A stretch of DNA of 40,286 bases from the NCBI GenBank assembly GCA_964411235.1, contig CAYPKE010000002.1:1-40286 (forward strand), given 5' to 3'. The notes below the pieces were generated by a model. That model saw only the letters and a list, made by a program, of their open reading frames with translations, did no database searches and was not told where the DNA came from. Positions 1 through 9,096 of this stretch are shown here, piece by piece; within the stretch, counting starts at the first letter, position 1; each line of letters begins with the position of its first letter. The translations under genes and the position numbers were made by a program. This DNA comes from an uncultured Syntrophales bacterium (GTDB lineage: Bacteria; Desulfobacterota; Syntrophia; Syntrophales; JAAYKM01).

Positions 1-345
1 CGCGAATACGGTGAGTCGATCTTCATCGCCATCATCGTCGCCCTGCTCCTGCGGAATCAGGGTTACCACGTCATCGACCTGGGAAAGGATGTGGCGGCGA
101 AAACGATCGTCGCCGAAGTGAAAGTACGGCGGCCTGACGTCGTAGCCCTGTCGGCCCTCATGACGACAACCATGGTCAACATGAAGGAAGTCATCGACCT
201 GGCCAGAGCCAAAGGGGAGACCTGCCCTTTCATGGTGGGCGGCGCCGTCGTCACCGCGGCTTTTGCTGCCTCCATCGGCGCGCACTATTCCAAGGACGGC
301 GTCGAAGCGGCAAAGGTGGTCGAATCGCTATTGAAAAGCAAATAA
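1..345 (+). CDS. Cobalamin (B12)-binding domain protein, C-terminal part (5' end lies outside the window)
   Basis: Frame 1 is open from base 1 to TAA at 343-345. The translation ...GYHVIDLGKDV...RPDVVALSALMTTTM...PFMVGGAVVT...GAHYSKDG resembles the Rossmann-like B12-binding module of corrinoid proteins. Confidence 0.6.
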   Translation, partial: REYGESIFIAIIVALLLRNQGYHVIDLGKDVAAKTIVAEVKVRRPDVVALSALMTTTMVNMKEVIDLARAKGETCPFMVGGAVVTAAFAASIGAHYSKDGVEAAKVVESLLKSK

Positions 346-377
346 GGGAAATATTCCCGCACGGGAAGCTGTACTTC

Positions 378-455
378 CTATTCTCTGAAACACCGGCGAA
401 GAATCTGATCCTTGCCTATCACAAAACGGATAGATTCTTCGTTAAGAGCGGTACC
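378..455. repeat. Degenerate copy (C) of a ~85-nt inverted-repeat element that is also present at 33903-33990 and 40004-40090
   Basis: The left arm tattctctgaaacaccggcgaagaatct and right arm agattcttcgttaagagcggtacc align with the arms of the other two copies. cgaagaat/attcttcg form a perfect 8-bp stem. The location is intergenic. Confidence 0.4.
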
Positions 456-678
456 GCAACAAAGCGCTTTGTCATTTCGGCCGCAGGGAGAAATCCTCGA
501 GCCCAAGCAGATAAAATAATGAAGATGATTTCTCACGTCCGCCCGAGATGACATGTCCGGGAAGGCCTATGAAGACGGTTTTCCCGGCACAAAAGACAAC
601 TTGCTCATTTTTCGCCGCAAAGCAGCCGTCAGGGCGGTTCTCTTTTCTGCATGCATATCTAGTAATGATAGGAGGTAC

Positions 679-1269
679 ATGGTGACTGATCTGAAACATC
701 GCCTGATTGAAATCGTACTGAAGAAATCTTTCCAATACCGGGACAACCCGCCCTTCACCCTGGCTTCGGGCAAAAAAAGCAATTACTACTTCAACTGCAA
801 ACCGACAACGATGGACCCGGAGGGAATGAACCTGATCGGGAAGGTCCTCTTCTGCATGCTGAAAGATGCACCGGTTACCGCCGCCGGCGGGCTTACCCTC
901 GGCGCCGACCCCATTGCCAATGCTCTGGCGGTCATCTCCTTCCAGGAGGGGAAACCCATCAAATCGTTTACGGTCCGCAAGGAAGCCAAGGACCACGGCA
1001 CGAAGAGCAAGATCGAAGGAAATCTCCAGCAGAGCGAGCGGATTGTCATCCTCGACGACGTCATCACGACGGGCGGATCAACCATCACGGCCATCGACGC
1101 GGTGCGCGATGCAGGGCTGATCATTGACCGGGTGATCGCTTTCATCGACCGGGAAGAGGGGGGACGGGAAAACATCCTGAAACATGTCGACCGGGTGGAT
1201 GCCGTTCTGACCCGGACGGAAGTGATGGCCGTTTACCGAAACCTGAACCCCAAAGGACCGCAGGTTTAA
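679..1269 (+). CDS. pyrE: Orotate phosphoribosyltransferase
   Basis: The translation has FTLASGKKSNYYFNCK and the PRPP-binding loop IVILDDVITTGGST. AGGAGG at 671-676 precedes ATG 679. The longer track ORF starting at 553 has no such RBS. Confidence 0.9.
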   Translation: MVTDLKHRLIEIVLKKSFQYRDNPPFTLASGKKSNYYFNCKPTTMDPEGMNLIGKVLFCMLKDAPVTAAGGLTLGADPIANALAVISFQEGKPIKSFTVRKEAKDHGTKSKIEGNLQQSERIVILDDVITTGGSTITAIDAVRDAGLIIDRVIAFIDREEGGRENILKHVDRVDAVLTRTEVMAVYRNLNPKGPQV

Positions 1270-1306
1270 GAACGGCGCAGGCGGGGGGAGGCCCCTGTTC
1301 TTTTTT
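1270..1306 (+). terminator. Possible intrinsic terminator after pyrE
   Basis: An imperfect GC-rich hairpin (GAAC..GGGG/CCCC..GTTC) is followed by TTTTTT at 1301-1306. It lies directly after the pyrE stop codon. Confidence 0.4.
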
Positions 1307-1431
1307 CATCATTCCGAACACAGGTGAGGAATTTTTTGGCGGTTTCTAAAAATATTTCTCCAGCGGTCGAAACGACTCTCTGCCCGGTTCGATTCATCTT
1401 TGTAAGATAATGTTAACAGAGGCGAATCGGT

Positions 1432-2115
1432 TCAGGCATTTTGAACCCGCAGTTCGTTCACCCGGTGATGGGCCCGTCGGATGGGTTCGGGGATACGATA
1501 ACCACGGCAACAGGACAATACCATTTCGGCCGCCTGTAACGGCCCGATGCGATGCCCCGGTGAGACAAACAGAGGCTTGACGTTCTTTTGGGTGCGGAGA
1601 ACCTTGCCGACCGGCTTACCTTTGTGAAAGAGGTCCGACATTTCCCCCCTTTCCGCCCCCGGTGGTGCAAACTCGCCAACCAGGCGCGTTTTGGCGCAAC
1701 CGACGGTTGGCATACCGAGAAACAGTCCCATGTGGGATGCCAGGCCGATTCGCCGCGGATGGGCAATGCCCTGACCGTCGAAAATGGCCAGATCGGGAAT
1801 GCATGAAAGCTGTTCAAAGGCCTTGAGCAGCGGCGGAGCCTCACGGAAAGACAGGAGTCCGGGCACATAGGGAAAACAAACCCGCTCCTTCCAGGATGCC
1901 TCTTCAAGCACCGAGAAGTCCGGATAGGTAAAGACGATCACCGCGGCAAAGAACAGATTCGAATGGCGGGCATAAGAAATGTCCGCCCCCGCAACTGTTT
2001 TCGGATTCAAAGGCATCGGATCCTCCGGAAGGATCAACCGGCCCACCATGTTTTCCTGAATCGCCAGGGCTTCCTGTACAGTCACATCCCAGCGGTGATG
2101 GCTCATGATCTTCAT
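1432..2115 (-). CDS. nfi: Endonuclease V (deoxyinosine 3' endonuclease)
   Basis: GADISY, PYVPGLLSFREAP, DGQGIAHPRRIGLASHMG and GYRIPEP match the Nfi family. The start is uncertain (Met at 2115 or 2106; the track ORF extends to 2166). Confidence 0.85.
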   Translation of the reverse strand: MKIMSHHRWDVTVQEALAIQENMVGRLILPEDPMPLNPKTVAGADISYARHSNLFFAAVIVFTYPDFSVLEEASWKERVCFPYVPGLLSFREAPPLLKAFEQLSCIPDLAIFDGQGIAHPRRIGLASHMGLFLGMPTVGCAKTRLVGEFAPPGAERGEMSDLFHKGKPVGKVLRTQKNVKPLFVSPGHRIGPLQAAEMVLSCCRGYRIPEPIRRAHHRVNELRVQNA

Positions 2116-2244
2116 CCGGGAAAAGCTCCCATCATCATTAACTGCGCTCTCGCAACACTCCGGCAACCCTGATGCAAGTGGGTTTCTTTTTGACCGGAAT
2201 GCCGTTATACTGGCGCCGCCTGAATACCATATAAGGGATCAAAG

Positions 2245-3765
2245 ATGAAAAAGAAAGCCCCCGCCACACCGAAGAACGCTTCTGGCACAAAAACCGCGCG
2301 GGACCATTCGGCTCTTTATGAAAAAGAAGAAATAATCCCCATTGTCGACGACGATCTTTACAAAACCCTGGCCGACAGTTCACAAGTCGGCGTTTATATT
2401 CTGCAGCATCGCCGCTTCCGCTTTGTCAATCCTCACATCAGGGAATATGCGGGCTACTCCGAGGAAGAGATGCTGCATATGGATCCCCCGTCGATCATCC
2501 ACCCGGCGGACCGAAAAATGGCGCGGAAGAACGCTATCCGCATGCTTAAGGGACAGCGTTTTTCACCCTATGAGTTCCGCATTGTGACGAAAGACGGACG
2601 CATCAAGTGGATCATGGAAACCGTCAAGTCCATTCAATACCGGGGAGAACAGGCCGTCCTGGGCAATTCGATGAACACGACGGAGCAGAAGGAAGCCCGC
2701 AGTCGCCTGGAGGATTTGGAAGCCCTGGAATCCTCCATTCTCGACGCTATCCCCCATGCCGTCATCGGACTGCATAACCGGGTGTTCATCTTCGCCAACA
2801 ATGCGGTGATGCAGGTCTTCGGGTGGCGTCCGGAGGAGTTGATCGGAAAAAATGTCCGTCTTCTTTATCGCAACGAAACGGATTACGATGAAATCGCCCG
2901 ACGCTTCTATGCAGCACTGGAAACCCAGCGAACCTACAGCACGGAATTTCCCGCCCGGCGCAAGGACGGCCGGGAAATTCTGTGCTTGATGAAGGCCTCC
3001 CGTATCGGCGCCGTCCTTCGGGAACGAAGAATCGTCATCACTTATGAAGATATAACGGAGAAACAAAAGGCACAGCAGGAACTCGAAATGTCGCGGGAGC
3101 AGCTCCGCAACCTGTCGCTCCACCTCCAGTCGATCCGTGAAGAGGAACGAACCCGCATCGCGCGCGAGATCCACGATGAACTGGGTCAGTCCCTCACGGC
3201 CCTCAAAATGGACATCGTCTGGCTCGGAAACCGGATTTCCGAAAAGAATGCGACGCTGCAAAAGAAAGTTGAGTACATGTCATGCCTGATCGACAGCACA
3301 ATCGATACGGTGCATCGGATTTCTTCGGATCTGCGTCCGGGGCTGCTCGATGATCTCGGTCTGGTCGCCGCCATCGAGTGGCAAACCCAGGACTTTCAGC
3401 GCCGCTTCGGACTGGCCTGCCGCATCAATCTGGCCATAGCGGATGACGAAGAGATCGAGCACCACCTTGCAACCGCCCTCTTTCGCATTCTGCAGGAAAC
3501 ACTGACCAACATCATTCGTCATGCCGTGGCTACGGAAGTTGCCGTGCGATTCTGCGAAAAAAATGATACCCTCATCCTCGAAATCACCGACAACGGCCGG
3601 GGTATCACTCAGGCGCAGATCGATGATCCCCGCTCCTATGGACTGATCGGGATGCGTGAAAGGGTTCACCCCTGGAACGGAACTGTTCTGATTGAAGGAA
3701 AAATGAACCGGGGCACCCGGGTAACCGTCACCGTACCTCGCCAGGAAAGGAAATCACCGCCATGA
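2245..3765 (+). CDS. PAS-domain sensor histidine kinase (HisKA_3/NarX-type)
   Basis: Two PAS-like segments are followed by the H-box IAREIHDELGQSLTALK and an HATPase region (LTNIIRHA...DNGRGI...GLIGMRER). The gene overlaps the downstream regulator by 4 nt. Confidence 0.85.
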   Translation: MKKKAPATPKNASGTKTARDHSALYEKEEIIPIVDDDLYKTLADSSQVGVYILQHRRFRFVNPHIREYAGYSEEEMLHMDPPSIIHPADRKMARKNAIRMLKGQRFSPYEFRIVTKDGRIKWIMETVKSIQYRGEQAVLGNSMNTTEQKEARSRLEDLEALESSILDAIPHAVIGLHNRVFIFANNAVMQVFGWRPEELIGKNVRLLYRNETDYDEIARRFYAALETQRTYSTEFPARRKDGREILCLMKASRIGAVLRERRIVITYEDITEKQKAQQELEMSREQLRNLSLHLQSIREEERTRIAREIHDELGQSLTALKMDIVWLGNRISEKNATLQKKVEYMSCLIDSTIDTVHRISSDLRPGLLDDLGLVAAIEWQTQDFQRRFGLACRINLAIADDEEIEHHLATALFRILQETLTNIIRHAVATEVAVRFCEKNDTLILEITDNGRGITQAQIDDPRSYGLIGMRERVHPWNGTVLIEGKMNRGTRVTVTVPRQERKSPP

Positions 3766-4400
3766 TCAGGATCCTTGTCGTCGATGACCACGCCATCGTC
3801 AGGGAAGGTCTCAAGCAGATTCTCGGCGACGTCAAGGATATGGATGTTCTCGCCGAAGCGGCAAACGGACAGGAGGCCCTGGACAAAATCCGCCGCCAGG
3901 CCTTCGAGGTTATTCTGATGGACATTTCCATGCCGGGACGGAGCGGTCTGGAAATTCTCAAAGATATCAAGTCCGAACAGCCCAAACTCCCAGTTCTGAT
4001 CCTCAGCATGCATCCGGAAGAACAGTATGCTGTCCGGGCTCTGCGTGCCGGCGCCGCCGGATACATGAACAAAGCGAGTGCCCCCGACGAACTGATCGGG
4101 GCCATCCGGAAGGTCGCCTCCGGAAGAAAATACGTGAGCCCCTCCGTCGCGGAAAGGCTGGCCCTTGAACTGGGAGCGGATCGATCGCATCTTCCCCACG
4201 AATTGCTCTCCGATCGCGAGTATCAGGTCATGATGATGCTGGCGGCGGGCAAATCCGTATCCGAAATCGCTCTTGAGTTGTGCCTGAGCGTCAAGACGAT
4301 CAGTACCTACCGGTCTCGCATCATGGAGAAGATGAGCTTGAAGAAAAATGCCGAACTGACCCTGTACGCTGTACAGCATCATCTTCTGAGCGACACATGA
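3762..4400 (+). CDS. Response regulator, NarL/LuxR family (REC + LuxR HTH)
   Basis: MIRILVVDDH...ILMDISMPG...KAGAAGYMNK is a REC domain. The C-terminal LSDREYQVMMMLAAGKSVSEIALELCLSVKTISTYRSRI is a LuxR-type HTH. The ATGA overlap with the kinase gene suggests translational coupling. Confidence 0.9.
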   Translation: MIRILVVDDHAIVREGLKQILGDVKDMDVLAEAANGQEALDKIRRQAFEVILMDISMPGRSGLEILKDIKSEQPKLPVLILSMHPEEQYAVRALRAGAAGYMNKASAPDELIGAIRKVASGRKYVSPSVAERLALELGADRSHLPHELLSDREYQVMMMLAAGKSVSEIALELCLSVKTISTYRSRIMEKMSLKKNAELTLYAVQHHLLSDT

Positions 4401-4412
4401 CGTATATTTCTG

Positions 4413-4441
4413 TTGACAAACCGCTTTTTTTCTTCTATGAG
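4413..4441 (+). promoter_or_regulatory. Sigma-70-like promoter for the cimA leader
   Basis: TTGACA (4413-4418), a 17-nt spacer, then TATGAG (4436-4441). It sits about 45 nt upstream of the leader-peptide ATG. Confidence 0.45.
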
Positions 4442-4485
4442 ATGACCATCTTAGGTAATAAGGGAAGTTTGAAGGAAGCAAAGTC

Positions 4486-4557
4486 ATGGCAAACATCATT
4501 ACGCGTTCCATTATTATTATTGAGGGCATAATTAGCCCCTCTGACATGGGGACCTGA
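4486..4557 (+). CDS. Ile-rich leader peptide MANIITRSIIIIEGIISPSDMGT of the cimA attenuator
   Basis: A 23-codon ORF with 8 Ile codons, including a run of four (4510-4521). A GAAGGA Shine-Dalgarno-like motif lies at 4471-4476. The stop codon overlaps the predicted antiterminator arm. Confidence 0.6.
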   Translation: MANIITRSIIIIEGIISPSDMGT

Positions 4558-4589
4558 TAATGGTGTAGCCTAACCGCACAAGAAACTTC

Positions 4590-4629
4590 AAAATCCGTTA
4601 TCAGGACAACCTGATAACGGATTTTTTTT
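4590..4629 (+). terminator. Intrinsic terminator (attenuator) upstream of cimA
   Basis: A perfect 13-bp stem, atccgttatcagg (4593-4605) with cctgataacggat (4610-4622), has loop acaa and is followed by TTTTTTT (4623-4629). The left arm can instead pair over 11 bp with cctgataatgg (4553-4563). Confidence 0.75.
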
Positions 4630-4644
4630 ACAAGGAGATCACCC

Positions 4645-6240
4645 ATGGATAAAATGGACGTCTTAATCTACGACACAACGCTACGTGACGGAACTCAGGG
4701 GGAACAGATCAACTTCTCCGCCGAGGAAAAGCTGAGAATCGCCCAGCGGCTGGACGAAATGGGATTTCACTACATTGAAGGCGGGTGGCCCAGCTCAAAT
4801 CCAAAGGACATGCGTTTTTTTGAGATGGCCAAAAAAACGGTCTTCAAGAGCGCCCGCCTCACCGCCTTCGGCAGTACCCGGAAAGCCGACACCCGCCCCG
4901 AGGACTGCCCCAACCTGAATGCCCTGCTGGAAGCGGAAACTCCCGCGATTACTATTTTCGGCAAAACCTGGGATCTCCATGCGACGGAGATATTGGGGGT
5001 AAGCCTCGAGGAAAACGAGGCCATGATCTGGGATTCCGTCCGGTACATGAAAACCAAGGGGAAAGAAGTGGTTTATGACGCGGAACATTTCTTCGATGGA
5101 TTTAAAAACAACCAGCGTTATGCCATCAGGACCATCAAGACCGCCCTGTCCGCCGGGGCCGACTTTATCGTCCTTTGCGACACAAACGGCGGCACCATGA
5201 CCCATGAACTGTCCGAAATTATCGAGGAGATAAAGGCCTTCGTTTCCCCTCATATGTTGGGCATTCATGTTCATAACGACTGCGGCCTTGCCGTGGCCAA
5301 TTCCATTGCCGCCGCCCGGGCCGGAGCCAGAATGGTCCAGGGAACGATCAACGGATTCGGAGAGCGGTGCGGCAACGCCGACCTGATTCCCATCATTGCC
5401 AATCTGCAGGTTAAACTCGGGCTGACCTGTCTCCCTGAAGATTCGGTCAGGCATCTGACAAACCTGTCCAACTTCATCAGCGAAGTGGCAAACATGCCGA
5501 TCCTGAATTCACGGCCCTTCGTCGGAAAAAGTGCCTTCGCCCACAAAGGCGGCGTCCATGTCAGTGCCATTCTGAAAAACGCCTCCGCTTACGAACATAT
5601 CAAACCGGAACTGGTCGGCAACGAACAAAGGGTGCTTGTCTCTGACCTCTCCGGCAAGAGCAATATCGATTACAAGGCCCGGGAGTTGAATGTCGATCTC
5701 AGCACAGGCGAGGGAATGAGCCGCAAGATCGTCCAGAAGATCAAGGAGATGGAGGACAAGGGGTATCAGTTTGACGCGGCCGACGGATCTCTGGCACTGC
5801 TCATGAAAAAGGCCACGGGGGAATTCAAGGAGCCGTTTACCCTGGAATGCTTCCACGTCATCACATCCCAGACATCCACAAACCCCGCGCTTTCCCAGGC
5901 GACCATTAAGATATCCGTGGGCGGTGAAGTGGAAATCACCGCCGCCGAGGGAAACGGCCCGATCAACGCGCTTGACTTCGCTCTGCGGAAAGCTCTTACC
6001 AAGTTTTATCCGCAGATCAGCGAGATGCACCTCGTCGATTTCCGTGTCAGAATTCTGGAGGGCAGCGACGGCACCGGGGCCATGGTCCGGGTGCTTCTGG
6101 ATTCCCGCGACGAAACCGACTTCTGGAGTACGATCGGCGTCTCCTCCAACGTGATCGAAGCCAGTTGGCACGCCCTCGTCGACAGCATCCAGTACAAGTT
6201 GATCAAGGATAACCTTAACAAGAATCTGAAGGCAGGATGA
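4645..6240 (+). CDS. cimA: (R)-citramalate synthase (Ile biosynthesis, IPMS-like family)
   Basis: YDTTLRDGTQGE, HYIEGGWPSSNPKD, LCDTNGG, HVHNDCGLAVANS and the C-terminal regulatory domain AAEGNGPINALDFALRKAL closely resemble Geobacter-type CimA. AGGAG precedes the ATG. Confidence 0.9.
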   Translation: MDKMDVLIYDTTLRDGTQGEQINFSAEEKLRIAQRLDEMGFHYIEGGWPSSNPKDMRFFEMAKKTVFKSARLTAFGSTRKADTRPEDCPNLNALLEAETPAITIFGKTWDLHATEILGVSLEENEAMIWDSVRYMKTKGKEVVYDAEHFFDGFKNNQRYAIRTIKTALSAGADFIVLCDTNGGTMTHELSEIIEEIKAFVSPHMLGIHVHNDCGLAVANSIAAARAGARMVQGTINGFGERCGNADLIPIIANLQVKLGLTCLPEDSVRHLTNLSNFISEVANMPILNSRPFVGKSAFAHKGGVHVSAILKNASAYEHIKPELVGNEQRVLVSDLSGKSNIDYKARELNVDLSTGEGMSRKIVQKIKEMEDKGYQFDAADGSLALLMKKATGEFKEPFTLECFHVITSQTSTNPALSQATIKISVGGEVEITAAEGNGPINALDFALRKALTKFYPQISEMHLVDFRVRILEGSDGTGAMVRVLLDSRDETDFWSTIGVSSNVIEASWHALVDSIQYKLIKDNLNKNLKAG

Positions 6241-6389
6241 GCGATTCAGGCCGTCGAAGAAGGGAAACTAACCGCATCGGCATTCTTTAAATCAGGGCAT
6301 TGCAGTAAGGAATGATTTCTGTTATAGGCAGGTTGCCTGTCTTGCGTGATGGAGGTAACCCCTTAACATGGCTTTCATACGATGTTTTT

Positions 6390-6998
6390 ATGCTAGTTTC
6401 TCTGCATGAGCAGAATCCTCAGATTCGCTGGATCAAGAAAGCGGTGGAAATCCTGCGTCAGGGGGGGGTTGTTGTCTATCCGACGGATACGGTATACGGT
6501 CTCGGTTGTGATTTACTCAACAAAAAAGGAATTGAAAGAATCTACGACATTAAAAAGAGAGACCGCAAACAGCCTCTTAGCTTTATCTGTTCCGACCTGA
6601 AAGACATCAGCCAATACGCACAGGTATCCGATTTCGCCTACAAGGTCATGAAACGGCTCCTCCCCGGTCCTTACACGTTTGTCCTCAAGGCCTCCCGGGC
6701 CGTGCCCAAAATCATCATCCCCAAAAGACAGACGACGGGTATCCGCGTGCCGGACAACCGCATCTGTATGGCCCTGGTCGCCGAACTGGGGCGGCCGATC
6801 ATCAGCACAAGTGTTAAACATGAAGATGGCGAAATCATCACTGACCCGCAGGAAATTGAAAAAAAATACCACCACCTTGTGGATTTGGTCCTCGACGGTG
6901 GCATCTCTTCCGCAACGCCGTCCAGCGTTCTGAACCTGGTCGAGGACGTCGTGGAAATCATCAGAATCGGAAAAGGCGACGTATCCGCCTTTCAATAA
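6390..6998 (+). CDS. tsaC: L-threonylcarbamoyladenylate synthase (YrdC/Sua5 family)
   Basis: VVVYPTDTVYGLGCD, RIYDIKKRDRKQPLSF and TTGIRVPD are typical YrdC-domain motifs. The likely start is the Met at 6390; the track ORF starts at 6312. Confidence 0.85.
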   Translation: MLVSLHEQNPQIRWIKKAVEILRQGGVVVYPTDTVYGLGCDLLNKKGIERIYDIKKRDRKQPLSFICSDLKDISQYAQVSDFAYKVMKRLLPGPYTFVLKASRAVPKIIIPKRQTTGIRVPDNRICMALVAELGRPIISTSVKHEDGEIITDPQEIEKKYHHLVDLVLDGGISSATPSSVLNLVEDVVEIIRIGKGDVSAFQ

Positions 6999-7063
6999 AA
7001 CAGATTTTGCCGTGCCGCTATGCGTGATCATTCCGGATTCATGGCAAAAGGACAAGGAAAAAT

Positions 7064-8995
7064 ATGAAACACCACATGCTGGTCAACGCAGTCCATCACG
7101 AACAGAAGAGGATGGCCACGGTTGACGAAAACGGCAAACTTCTGGAATTCAATATCCAGATGGCGGCCAGGGAACCGGTCACCGGCAACATCTACAAGGG
7201 AGTGGTCCTGAAAATCGAGCGGGGACTGCAGGCGGCCTTTGTCAATTACGGCGCCAACCGTGATGGCTTTCTTCCTCTCCGGGATGTTAATCCGGCCCTG
7301 ATTATCGACGGAAAAGACACCCCACCGGAACCGTCTTCGGGTAAATCCGCACTGAAAGCCGGACAGGAAATTCTGATCCAGGTTGTCCGGGAGGAAATCG
7401 GCAACAAGGGGGCGCTTCTGACCGGGTACATTTCTCTCCCCGGTCGCTACCTGGTCCTGCTTCCCCATAAGGAGAGCAGCGGCATCTCCCGAAAGATCGA
7501 GGATGAGGAAGACCGCAAACGCCTCAAAGACCTTGTTGCCCAGGTCAAGATCGAAGAAAATATGGGCTTCATCATTCGCACTGCCGGCTACAACCGCACC
7601 AAGCAGGAGCTTTCCCGGGATTACAACCTGCTGTCCCGTCTGTGGCAAGACATCGTGAAAACGGCCCGGTCAACTCCCGCTCCGGCGCTTCTCTACCAGG
7701 AAAGCGATTTCGGCGTCCGAACCCTGCGTGATTACTTTACCCCTGAAATCGAAGAAATCCTGGTGGATAACGTCGAGACCTTCCGGAAAATGAAGGCTTA
7801 CTGCAAGGCGGTCGCTCCGCGGAACGTCCGGATGATCAAGCTCTATAAGGAAAGGATCCCCCTATTCGACAAGTACAACCTTGAGGAGCAGATCCGGGTT
7901 ATCTACCAGGAACGGGTCAATCTGAAATCAGGGGGGTACATCGTCATCAATCCGACCGAAGCCATGATCACGATCGACGTTAATTCCGGCCGGGCCTCCA
8001 ACAAGAAGAATGTCGAGGAAACAGCTTATAAAGCGAATATTGAAGCGGCAGAGGAGATCGCCCGCCAACTTCGCCTTCGGGACTTGGGGGGATTGATCGT
8101 CATCGACTTCATCGACATGCTGGACAAAAAACATCAGAGTGAAGTCGAAAAGTCTTTCAAGAAAGCATTGAGCCTTGACCGTGCCCGGATCCAGCTGGCA
8201 AAGATTTCCAAATTCGGCCTGCTGGAATTGTCCCGGCAGAAAAAACAGTCCACCATCCAGGAAATCAGCTATACCACCTGCCCTTACTGCAGCGGCAGCG
8301 GTGTCCGGCCTTCGCTGGAATATACGGCGCTGAGTGCGTTCCGGAAGGTTCAATCCCAGGCGGTCCGGGGCGACGCAGCGGAGATCCGGGTTTCTCTGCC
8401 ACAGGAAGTAGCCGGATACCTTTTGAACCAGAAACGCATGGAACTCTGCCGCCTGGAAAGCGATTACGGCCTGACCATTCACCTGTCCGGAAGCGCAGGG
8501 ATGAACTGGGATGATGTGTCCATCACCACGGTTAAGCGGGAACCCGTGCACGAGCCGACCCTGCCTGCGGATAGCCCGGATATGAAACCGGCTGCAAAGA
8601 CACAAAAGAGCAAAGACGAAAAACCAAAAACCTCTCCGGAAATGAAAGCACCGGCACACTCCAAAACTCCACCGCCTCCCCCGGCCGAGACAACCGGGAC
8701 GGAAACCGTCCATGTCGATTCGGGAACCCTGTCTGCACCGGAAACGGCCGGCGACATACAGAAGAAAAAATCACGGCGGCGAAGCCGCAGGAGAAAGAAA
8801 AAACCCACCGACCATCCCGCGGAAGGGCATCAGACAGTGACGCCCCCTTCGGCATCGCCTTCGTTCGGGCAGGGGATTAGCAGCAGAACACTTACGGAAC
8901 CGTACGGGCATGATGCAGAGCATGGGCATACGGCAAATGGAGACCACTCCGCCGAGGTCGAACTGTCACCGGACGGAAATGCACCGGATGAATGA
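7064..8995 (+). CDS. rne: Ribonuclease E/G family endoribonuclease with a Pro/Lys/Arg-rich C-terminal tail
   Basis: An S1 region (GNIYKGVVLKIERGLQAAFVNYG), the catalytic core (ITIDVNSG...GGLIVIDFIDM) and the Zn-link CPYCSGSG are present. The low-complexity tail includes KKKSRRRSRRRKKK. The choice between E and G paralogues is uncertain. Confidence 0.85.
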   Translation: MKHHMLVNAVHHEQKRMATVDENGKLLEFNIQMAAREPVTGNIYKGVVLKIERGLQAAFVNYGANRDGFLPLRDVNPALIIDGKDTPPEPSSGKSALKAGQEILIQVVREEIGNKGALLTGYISLPGRYLVLLPHKESSGISRKIEDEEDRKRLKDLVAQVKIEENMGFIIRTAGYNRTKQELSRDYNLLSRLWQDIVKTARSTPAPALLYQESDFGVRTLRDYFTPEIEEILVDNVETFRKMKAYCKAVAPRNVRMIKLYKERIPLFDKYNLEEQIRVIYQERVNLKSGGYIVINPTEAMITIDVNSGRASNKKNVEETAYKANIEAAEEIARQLRLRDLGGLIVIDFIDMLDKKHQSEVEKSFKKALSLDRARIQLAKISKFGLLELSRQKKQSTIQEISYTTCPYCSGSGVRPSLEYTALSAFRKVQSQAVRGDAAEIRVSLPQEVAGYLLNQKRMELCRLESDYGLTIHLSGSAGMNWDDVSITTVKREPVHEPTLPADSPDMKPAAKTQKSKDEKPKTSPEMKAPAHSKTPPPPPAETTGTETVHVDSGTLSAPETAGDIQKKKSRRRSRRRKKKPTDHPAEGHQTVTPPSASPSFGQGISSRTLTEPYGHDAEHGHTANGDHSAEVELSPDGNAPDE

Positions 8996-9037
8996 CCAAG
9001 GCGGGAAGCAACCATCGCTTGGCCGGTGAGACGAAAA

Positions 9038-9071
9038 GAATGGGGAACGGTCCTTCATGCCGTTCCCATTC
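9038..9071. terminator. Hairpin between the convergent rne and proC genes (possible bidirectional terminator)
   Basis: gaatggggaacgg (9038-9050) pairs with ccgttcccattc (9060-9071) with one bulged G. The flanks are A-rich on the left and T-containing on the right. Confidence 0.4.
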
Positions 9072-9096
9072 TTCAGCAAAACATCCTGAAATTGCG

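Noticed and set aside
4400-4644. T-box riboswitch upstream of cimA
   Set aside because: No T-box consensus sequence and no specifier-loop architecture are visible. The region is fully explained by the leader peptide with its terminator and antiterminator.
3666-4646. 326-aa minus-strand ORF
   Set aside because: It is antisense to the NarL-type regulator gene and runs through the cimA leader. No motifs were seen.
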